Positions 53,301 to 64,000 of a stretch of 64,000 bases of DNA are shown here, in pieces. Position numbers and translations under genes: made by a program. The notes beneath the pieces were generated by a model that saw nothing but the letters and a program-made list of their open reading frames with translations, was not told the origin of the DNA and searched no databases. Source of the stretch: Eledone cirrhosa (Eukaryota). The stretch lies in the NCBI GenBank assembly GCA_964016885.1, contig OZ024742.1, positions 41,788,001 to 41,852,000 on the forward strand. Reading direction: 5' to 3'. How positions within the stretch are numbered: position 1 is the first letter of the stretch; each line of letters opens with the position of its first letter.

Positions 53301-56300
53301 TGACATGATGACCACTTTACAGTGTGGGTTGGAAGCTTTCTGTCGTAACAACAACATGACCACTTTACAGTGTGGGTTGGGTGCTTTCTATCGTGACAAC
53401 AACATGACCACTTTACAGTGTGGGTTGGGTGCTTTCTGTCATGACAACAACATGACCACTTTACAGTGTGGGTTGGGTGCTTTCTGTTGTGAATACATGA
53501 CCACTTTACAGTGTGGGTTGGGATGCTTTCTGTCGCGACAACATGATGACCACTTTACTGTGTGGGTTGGGTGCTTTCTGTCGTAACAACAACATGACCA
53601 CTTTACAGTGTGGGTTGCGTGCTTTCTGTCGTAACAACAACATGACCACTTTACAGTGTGGGTTGGATGCTTTCTGTCGTAACAACAACATGACCACTTT
53701 ACAGTGTGGGTTGGGTGCTTTCTGTCGTGACAACAACATGACTACTTTACAGTGTGGGTTGGATGCTTTCTTTCGTGACAACAACATGACCACTTTACAG
53801 TGTGGGTTAGGTGCTTTCTGTCGCGACAACATCATGACCACTTTACAGTGTGTGTTGGATGCTTTCTGTCGTGACAACATGACCACTTTACAGTGTGGGT
53901 TGGATGCTTTCTGTCGTGACAACAAGACCACTTTACAGTGTGGGTTGGATGCTTTCTGTCGTGACAACAACATGACCACTTTACAGTGTGGGTTAGATGC
54001 TTTCTGTCGTGACAACATGATGACCACTTTACAGTGTGGTTTGGGTGCTTTCTGTTGTAACAACATCATGACCACTTTACAGTGTGGGTTGGGTGCTTCC
54101 TGTCGTGACATGATGACCACTTTACAGTGTGGGTTGGATGCTTTCTGTCGTAACAACATCATGACCACTTTACAGTGTGGGTTGGGTGCTTTCTGTCGTG
54201 ACAACAACATGACCACTTTACAGTGTGGGTTGGGTGCTTTCTGTCGTACCAACATCATGACGACTTTACAGTGTGGGTTGGGTGCTTTCTGTCGCGACAT
54301 GACCACTTTACAGTGTGGGTTGGATGCTTTCTGTCGTGACAACATCATGACCACTTTACAGTGTGGGTTGGGCGCTTTCTGTCGCGACAACAACATGACC
54401 ACTTTACAGTGTGGGTTGGGTACTTTCTGTCGTAACAACAACATGACCTCTTTACAGTGTGGGTTGGGTGCTTTCTGTCGTAACAACATCATGACCACTT
54501 TACAGTGTGGGTTGGGTGTTTTCTGTTGTGACAACAACATGATCACTTTACAGTGTGGGTTGGGTGCTTTCTGCCGTGACAACAACATGACCACTTTACA
54601 GTGTGGGTTGGGTGCTTTCTGTCGCGACAACAACATGATCACTTTACAGTGTGGGTTGGATGCTTTCTGTCGCGACAACATCATGATCACTTTACAGTGT
54701 GGGTTGGGTGCTTTCTGTCGTGACAACAACATGACCACTTTACAGTGTGGGTTGGATGCTTTCTGTCGTGACAACATGACCACTTTACAGTGTGGGTTGG
54801 ATGCTTTCTGTCGTGACAACAACATGACCACTTTACAGTGTGGGTTAGATGCTTTCTGTCGTGACAACATCATGACCACTTTACAGTGTGAGTTGGGTGC
54901 TTTCTGTCGTGACAACAAAATGACCACTTTACAGTGTGGGTTGGGTGCTTTCTGTCGTGACAACAACATGACCACTTTACAGTATGGGCTGGGTGCTTTC
55001 TGTCGTGAATACATGACCACTTTACAGTGTGGGTTAGGATGCTTTCTGTTGCGACAACATCATGACCACTTTACAGTGTGGGTTGGGATGCTTTCTGTCG
55101 CGACAACATCATGACCACTTTACAGTGTGGGTTGGATGCTTGCTGTCGTAACAACAACATGACCACTTTACAGTGTGGGTTGGGTGCTTTCTGTCGTGAC
55201 AACAACATGACCACTTTACAGTGTGGGTTGGGTGCTTTCTGTCGTGAATACATGACCACTTTACAGTGTGGGTTGGGTGCTTTCTGTCGTGACATGATGA
55301 CCACTTTACAGTGTGGGTTGGATGCTTTCCGTCGTAACAACAACATGACCACTTTACTTCGTGGGTTGGGTGCTTACTGTCGTGACGACAACATGACCAC
55401 TTTACAGTGTGGGTTGGATGCTTTCTGTCGTGACAACAACATGACCACTTTACAGTGTGGTTTGGGTGCTTTCTGTCGTGACATGAGGACCACTTTACAG
55501 TGTGGGTTGGAAGCTTTCTATCGTAACAACAACATGACCACTTTACAGTGTGGGTTGGGTGCTTTCTATCGTGACAACAACATGACCACTTTACAGTGTG
55601 GGTTGGGTGCTTTCTGTCATGACAACAACATGACCACTTTACAGTGTGGGTTGGGTGCTTTCTGTTGTGAATACAGGACCACTTTACAGTGTGGGTTGGG
55701 ATGCTTTCTGTCGCGACAACATGATGACCACTTTACAGTGTGGGTTGGATGCTTTCTGTCGTAACAACAACATGACCACTTTACAGTGTGGGTTGGGTGC
55801 TTTCTGTCGTGACAACAACATGACTACTTTACAGTGTGGGTTGGATGCTTTCTTTCGTGACAACAACATGACGACTTTACAGTGTGGGTTGGGTGCTTTC
55901 TGTCGCGACAACATCATGACCACTTTACAGTGTGTGTTGGATGCTTTCTGTCGTGACAACATGACCACTTTACAGTGTGGGTTGGATGCTTTCTGTCGTG
56001 ACAACAAGACCACTTTACAGTGTGGGTTGGATGCTTTCTGTCGTGACAACAACATGACCACTTTACAGTGTGGGTTAGATGCTTTCTGTCGTGACAACAT
56101 GATGACCACTTTACAGTGTGGTTTGGGTGCTTTCTGTTGTAACAACATCATGACCACTTTACAGTGTGGGTTGGGTGCTTCCTGTCGTGACATGATGACC
56201 ACTTTACAGTGTGGGTGGGATGCTTTCTGTCGTAACAACATCATGACCACTTTACAGTGTGGGTTGGGCGCTTTCTGTCGCGACAACAACATGACCACTT

Positions 56301-59300
56301 TACAGTGTGGGTTGGGTACTTTCTGTCGTAACAACAACATGACCACTTTACAGTGTGGGTTGGGTGCTTTCTGCCGTAACAACATCATGACCACTTTACA
56401 GTGTGGGTTGGGTGTTTTCTGTTGTGACAACAACATGATCACTTTACAGTGTGGGTTGGGTGCTTTCTGCCGTGACAACATGACCACTTTACAGTGTGGG
56501 TTGGGTGCTTTCTGTCGCGACAACATCATGATCACTTTACAGTGTGGGTTGGGTGCTTTCTGTCGTGACAACAACATGACCACTTTACAGTGTGGGTTGG
56601 ATGCTTTCTGTTGTGACAACATGACCACTTTACAGTGTGGGTTGGATGCTTTCTGTCGTGACAACAACATGACCACTTTACAGTGTGGGTTAGATGCTTT
56701 CTGTCGTGACAACATCATGACCACTTTACAGTGTGGGTTGGGTGTTTTCTGTCGTAACAACATCATGACCACTTTACAGTGTGAGTTGGGTGCTTTCTGT
56801 CGTGACAACAAAATGACAACTTTACAGTGTGGGTTGGGTGCTTTCTGTCGTGACAACAACATGACCACTTTACAGTATGGGTTGGGTGCTTTCTGTCGTG
56901 AATACATGACCACTTTACAGTGTGGGTTGGGATGCTTTCTGTCGCGACAACATCATGACCACTTTACAGTGTGGGTTGGATGCTTTCTGTCGTAACAACA
57001 ACATGACCACTTTACAGTGTGGGTTGGGTGCTTTCTGTCGTGACAACAACATGACCACTTTACAGTGTGGGTTGGGTGCTTTCTGTCGTGAATACATGAC
57101 CACTTTACAGTGTGGGTTGGGTGCTTTCTGTCGTGACAACAACATGACCATTTTACAGTGTGGGTTGGGTGCTTTCTGTCGTGATAACAACATGACCACT
57201 TTACAGTGTGGGTTGGGTGCTTTCTGTCGTGACAACAACATGACCATTTTACAGTGTGGGTTGGGTGCTTTCTGTCGTGATAACAACATGACCACTTTAC
57301 AGTGTGGGTTGGGTGCTTTCTGTCGTGACAACAACATGACCACTTTACAATGTGGGTTGGGATGCTTTCTGTCGCGACAACATCATGACCACTTTACAGT
57401 GTGGGTTGGATGCTTTCTGTCGTAACAACAACATGGCCACTTTACAGTGTGGGTTGTGTGCTTTCTGTCGTGACAACAACATGACCACTTTACAGTGTGG
57501 GTTGGATGCTTTCTATCGTGACAACAAGACCACTTTACAGTGTGGGTTGGTTGCTTTCTGTCGTGACAACAACATGACCACTTTACAGTGTGGGTTAGAT
57601 GCTTTCTGTCGTGACAACATCATGACCACTTTACAGTGTGGTTTGGGTGCTTTCTGTCGTAACAACATCATGACCACTTTACAGTGTGGGTTGTTGCTTT
57701 CTGTCGTAACAACATCATGACCACTTTACAGTGTGGGTTGGGTGCTTTCTGTCGTCACAACAACATGATCACTTTACAGTGTGGGTTGGATGCTTTCTGT
57801 CGCGACAACATGACCACTTTACAGTGTGGGTTGGGTGCTTTCTGTCGTGACAACAACATGACCACTTTACAGTGTGGGTTGGGTGCTTTCTGTCGTCACA
57901 ACAACATGACCACTTTACAGTGTGGGTTGGATGATTTCTGTCGTGACAACATCATGACCACTTTACAGTGTGGATTGGGTGCTTTCTGTCGCGACAACAA
58001 CATGATCACTTTAGAGTGTGGGTTGGATGCTTTCTGTCGTGACAACATCATGATCACTTTACAGTGTGGGCTGGATGCTTTCTGCCGTGACAACAACATG
58101 ACCACTTTACAGTGTGGGTTGGGTGCTTTCTGTCGTGACATGATGACCACTTTACAGTGTGGGTTGGATGCTTTCTGTCGTAACAACAACATGACCACTT
58201 TACAGTGTGGGTTGGGTGCTTTCTGTTGTGAATACACGACCACTTTACAGTGTGGGTTGGGATGCTTTCTGTCGCGACAACATGATGACCACTTTACAGT
58301 GTGGGTTGGATGCTTTCTGTCGTAACAACATGACCACTTTACAGTGTGGGTTGGGTGCTTTTTGTCGTGACAACAACATGACCACTTTACAGTGTGGGTT
58401 GGGTGCTTTCTGTCGTAACAACAACATGACCACTTTACAGTGTGGGTTGGGTGCTTTCTGTCGTAACAACATCATGACCACTTTACAGTGTGGGTTGGGT
58501 GCTTTCGGTCGCGACAACAACATGACCACTTTACAATGTGGGTTGGGTGCTTTCTGTCTTGACAACAACATGACCACTTTACCGTGTGGGTTGGGTTCTT
58601 TCTGTCGTCACAACAACATTATCACTTTACAGTGTGGGCTGTATGCTTTCTGTCGTGACAACACCATGATCACTTTACAGTGTGGGTTGGGTGCTTTCTG
58701 TCGTGACAACAACATGACCACTTTACAGTGTGGGTTGGGTGCTTTCTGTCGTGACAACAACATGATCACTTTACAGTGTGGGTCGGATGCTTTCTGTCGC
58801 GACAACATCATGATCACTTTACAGTGTGGGTTGGATGCTTTCTTTCTTGACAACAACATGACCATTTTACAGTGTGGGTTGGGTGCTTTCTGTCGTAACA
58901 ACAACATGACCACTTTACAGTGTGGGTTGGGTGCTTTCTGTCGTGACAACAACATGACCACTTTACAGTGTGGGTTGGTTGCTTTCTGTCGTGACATGAT
59001 GACCAGTTTACAGTGTGGGTTGGATGGTTTCTGTCGTAACAACAACATGACCACTTTACAGTGTGGGTTAGGTGCTTTCTGTCGTGACAACAACATGACC
59101 ACTTTACAGTGTGGGTTGGGTGCTTTCTGTCGTGACAACAACATGACCACTTTACAGTATGGGTTGGGATGCTTTCTGTCGCGACAACATCATGATCACT
59201 TTACAGTGTGGGTTGGATGTTTCTGTCGCGACAAGAACATGAACACTTTACAGTGTGGGTTGGGTGCTTTCTGTCGTAACAACAACGTGACGACTTTACA

Positions 59301-62300
59301 GTGTGGGCTGGGTGCTTTCTGTCGTGACAACAACATGACCACTTTACAGTGTGGGTTGGGTGCTTTCTGTCGTGACATGATGACCACTTTACAGTGTGGG
59401 TTGGATGCTTTCTGTCGTAACAACAACATGACCACTTTACTGTGTGGGCTGGGTGCTTTCTGTCGTGACGACAACATGACCACTTTACAGTGTGGGTTGG
59501 ATGCTTTCTGTCGTGACAACAACATGACCACTTTACAGTGTGGGTTGGGTGCTTTCTGTCGTGACATGATGACCACTTTACAGTGTGGGTTGGATGCTTT
59601 CTGTCGTAACAACAACATGACCACTTTACAGTGTGGGTTGGGTGCTTTCTGTTGTGAATACACGACCACTTTACAGTGTGGGTTGGGATGCTTTCTGTCG
59701 CGACAACATGATGACCACTTTACAGTGTGGTTTGGATGCTTTCTGTCGTAACAACATGACCACTTTACAGTGTGGGTTGGGTGCTTTCTGTCGTGACAAC
59801 AACATGACCACTTTACAGTATGGGTTGGGATGCTTTCTGTCGCGACAACATCATGATCACTTTACAGTGTGGGTTGGATGTTTCTGTCGCGACAACAACA
59901 TGAACACTTTACAGTGTGGGTTGGGTGCTTTCTGTCGTAACAACAACATGACCACTTTACAGTGTGGGTTGGGTGCTTTCTGTTGTGAATACACGACCAC
60001 TTTACAGTGTGGGTTGGGATGCTTTCTGTCGCGACAACATGATGACCACTTTACAGTGTGGGTTGGATGCTTTCTTTCGTAACAACATGACCACTTTACA
60101 GTGTGGGTTGGGTGCTTTTTGTCGTGACAACAACATGACCACTTTACAGTGTGGGTTGGGTGCTTTCTGTCGTAACAACATCATGACCACTTTACAGTGT
60201 GGGTTGGGTGCTTTCGGTCGCGACAACAACATGACCACTTTACAGTGTGGGTTGGGTGCTTTCTGTCTTGACAACAACATGACCACTTTACCGTGTGGGT
60301 TGGGTTCTTTCTGTCGTCACAACAACATGATCACTTTACAGTGTGGGCTGTATGCTTTCTGTCGTGACGACACCATGATCACTTTACAGTGTGGGTTGGG
60401 TGCTTTCTGTCGTGACAACAACATGACCACTTTACAGTGTGGGTTGGGTGCTTTCTGTCGTGACAACAACATGACCACTTTACAGTGTGGGTTGGGTGCT
60501 TTCTGTTGTGAATACATGACCACTTTACAGTGTGGGTTGGGATGCTTTCTGTCGCGACAACATGATGACCACTTTACAGTGTGGGTTGGATGCTTTCTGT
60601 CGTGACAACATGATGACCACTTTACAGTGTGGGTTGGGTGCTTTCTGTCGCGACAACATGACCACTTTACAGTGTGCGTTGGCTGATTTCTGTCATGACA
60701 ACATCATGACCACTTTACAGTGTGGGTTGGGTGCTTTCCGTCGCGACAACAACATGACCACTACACAGTGTGGGTTGGGTGCTTTCTGTCGTAACAACAA
60801 CATGACCACTTTACAGTGTGGGTTGGGTGCTTTCTGTCGTAACAACATCATGACCACTTTACAGTGTGGGTTGGGTGCTTTCGGTCGCGACAACAACATG
60901 ACCACTTTACAGTGTGGGTTGGGTGCTTTCTGTCTTGACAACAACATGACCACTTTACCGTGTGGGTTGGGTGCTTTCTGTCGTCACAACAACATGATCA
61001 CTTTACAGTGTGGGTTGGGTGCTTTCTGTCGTGACAACAACATGACCACTTTACAGTGTGGGTTGGGTGCTTTCTGTCGTGACAACAACATGATCACTTT
61101 ACAGTGTGGGTTGGATGCTTTCTGTCGCGACAACAACATGATCACTTTACAGTGTGGGTTGGATGCTTTCTTTCTTGACAACAACATGACCATTTTACAG
61201 TGTGGGTTGGGTGCTTTCTGTCGTAACAACAACATGACCACTTTACAGTGTGGGTTGGGTGCTTTCTGTCGTGACAACAACATGACCACTTTACAGTGTG
61301 GGTTGGGTGCTTTCTGTCGTGACAACAACATGATCACTTTACAGTGTGGGTTGGATGCTTTCTGTCGCGACAACATCATGATCACTTTACAGTGTGGGTT
61401 GGATGCTTTCTTTCTTGACAACAACATGACCATTTTACAGTGTGGGTTGGGTGCTTTCTGTCGTAACAACAACATGACCACTTTACAGTGTGGGTTGGGT
61501 GCTTTCTGTCGTGACAACAACATGACCACTTTACAGTGTGGGTTGGGTGCTTTCTGTCGTGACAACAACATGACCACTTTACAGTGTGGGTTGGATGCTT
61601 TCTGTCGTAACAACAACATGACCACTTTACAGTGTGGGTTGGGTGCTTTCTGTCGTGACAACAACATGACCACTTTACAGTGTGGGTTGGTTGCTTTCTG
61701 TCGTGACATGATGACCAGTTTACAGTGTGGGTTGGATGGTTTCTGTCGTAACAACAACATGACCACTTTACAGTGTGGGTTAGGTGCTTTCTGTCGTGAC
61801 AACAACATGACCACTTTACAGTGTGGGTTGGGTGCTTTCTGTCGTGACAACAACATGACCACTTTACAGTATGGGTTGGGATGCTTTCTGTCGCGACAAC
61901 ATCATGATCACTTTACAGTGTGGGTTGGATGTTTCTGTCGCGACAACAACATGAACACTTTACAGTGTGGGTTGGGTGCTTTCTGTCGTAACAACAACGT
62001 GACGACTTTACAGTGTGGGCTGGGTGCTTTCTGTCGTGACAACAACATGACCACTTTACAGTGTGGGTTGGGTGCTTTCTGTCGTGACATGATGACCACT
62101 TTACAGTGTGGGTTGGATGCTTTCTGTCGTAACAACAACATGACCACTTTACTGTGTGGGCTGGGTGCTTTCTGTCGTGACGACAACATGACCACTTTAC
62201 AGTGTGGGTTGGATGCTTTCTGTCGTGACAACAACATGACCACTTTACAGTGTGGGTTGGGTGCTTTCTGTCGTGACATGATGACCACTTTACAGTGTGG

Positions 62301-64000
62301 GTTGGATGCTTTCTGTCGTAACAACAACATGACCACTTTACAGTGTGGGTTGGGTGCTTTCTGTTGTGAATACACGACCACTTTACAGTGTGGGTTGGGA
62401 TGCTTTCTGTCGCGATAACATGATGACCACTTTACAGTGTGGGTTGGATGCTTTCTGTCGTAACAACATGACCACTTTACAGTGTGGGTTGGGTGCTTTC
62501 TGTCGTGACAACAACATGATCACTTTACAGTGTGGGTTGGGATGCTTTCTGTCGCGACAACATCATGATCACTTTACAGTGTGGGTTGGGATGCTTTCTG
62601 TCGCGACAACAACATGACCACTTTACAGTGTGGGTTGGGTGCTTTCTGTCGTGACAACAACATGACCACTTTACAGTATGGGTTGGGATGCTTTCTGTCG
62701 CGACAACATCATGATCACTTTACAGTGTGGGTTGGATGTTTCTGTCGCGACAACAACATGAACACTTTACAGTGTGGGTTGGGTGCTTTCTGTCGTAACA
62801 ACAACATGACCACTTTACAGTGTGGGTTGGGTGCTTTCTGTTGTGAATACACGACCACTTTACAGTGTGGGTTGGGATGCTTTCTGTCGCGACAACATGA
62901 TGACCACTTTACAGTGTGGGTTGGATGCTTTCTGTCGTAACAACATGACCACTTTACAGTGTGGGTTGGGTGCTTTTTGTCGTGACAACAACATGACCAC
63001 TTCACAGTGTGGGTTGGGTGCTTTCTGTCGTAACAACATCATGACCACTTTACAGTGTGGGTTGGGTGCTTTCGGTCGCGACAACAACATGACCACTTTA
63101 CAGTGTGGGTTGGTTGCTTTCTGTCTTGACAACAACATGACCACTTTACCGTGTGGGTTGGGTTCTTTCTGTCGTCACAACAACATGATCACTTTACAGT
63201 GTGCGCTGTATGCTTTCTGTCGTGACAACACCATGATCACTTTACAGTGTGGGTTGGGTGCTTTCTGTCGTGACAACAACATGACCACTTTACAGTGTGG
63301 GTTGGGTGCTTTCTGTCGTGACAACAACATGACCACTTTACAGTGTGGGTTGGGTGCTTTCTGTTGTGAATACATGACCACTTTACAGTGTGGGTTGGGA
63401 TGCTTTCTGTCGCGACAACATGATGACCACTTTACAGTGTGGGTTGGATGCTTTCTGTCGTGACAACATGATGACCACTTTACAGTGTGGGTTGGGTGCT
63501 TTCTGTCGCGACAACATGACCACTTTACAGTGTGCGTTGGCTGATTTCTGTCATGACAACATCATGACCACTTTACAGTGTGGGTTGGGTGCTTTCTGTC
63601 GCGACAACAACATGACCACTACACAGTGTGGGTTGGGTGCTTTCTGTCGTAACAACAACATGACCACTTTACAGTGTGGGTTGGGTGCTTTCTGTCGTAA
63701 CAACATCATGACCACTTTACAGTGTGGGTTGGGTGCTTTCGGTCGCGACAACAACATGACCACTTTACAGTGTGGGTTGGGTGCTTTCTGTCTTGACAAC
63801 AACATGACCACTTTACAGTATGGGTTGGGTGCTTTCTGTCGTGAATACATGACCACTTTACAGTGTGGGCTGTATGCTTTCTGTCGTGACAACAACATGA
63901 TCACTTTACAGTGTGGGTTGGGTGCTTTCTGTCGTGACAACAACATGACCACTTTACAGTGTGGGTTGGGTGCTTTCTGTCGTGACAACAACATGATCAC
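44363..64000. repeat. 48-bp satellite array (>19.6 kb, about 410 units, runs off the window end)
   Basis: Consensus GACAACAACATGACCACTTTACAGTGTGGGTTGGGTGCTTTCTGTCGT. Line phase recurs every 240 bp (5 x 48). Confidence 0.98.

Noticed and set aside
44400-64000. Long Cys-rich repeat ORFs on both strands (up to 1256 aa) as genuine proteins
   Set aside because: A 48-bp stop-free unit gives open frames automatically. Most indels are 3-bp slips in the AAC run, 1-bp frameshifts are common outside the core, and no unique termini or splice context are present.

Overview
AT-rich, repeat-dense eukaryotic DNA. The (TA)n microsatellites, tRNA-derived SINEs and RTE LINEs suggest a coleoid cephalopod, probably Octopus; this is an inference. 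Two spliced + strand genes can be reconstructed by hand. The first is the 3' part of a C7orf50/WKF-domain gene (exons 1-32?, 4458-4657, 6548-6695, 7765-7823). The second is a complete 5-exon TMEM237 ciliary transition-zone gene (11290-35144, 396 aa). Introns and intergenic DNA hold a piggyBac relic with its MITE family, a decayed CRE-type non-LTR retrotransposon with a PHD finger, RTE LINE fragments, SINEs with target-site duplications, Tc1/mariner MITEs, Helitron-like ends and Penelope-like element (PLE) remnants. The main observations are three. (i) A ~780-bp near-perfect inverted repeat in TMEM237 intron 1 carries a type I hammerhead ribozyme motif in each arm, and further hammerhead-like fold-backs lie in intron 4. 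(ii) A ~5-kb 43-bp minisatellite lies in intron 2. (iii) A >19.6-kb 48-bp satellite (44363 to the window end) has a unit that matches the repeat in the 3' UTR of the RTE LINE in this same window; it shows a layered structure with higher-order repeats and CpG decay. The long satellite ORFs are judged to be by-products of a stop-free 48-bp unit. No CRISPR array or prokaryotic system is supported.
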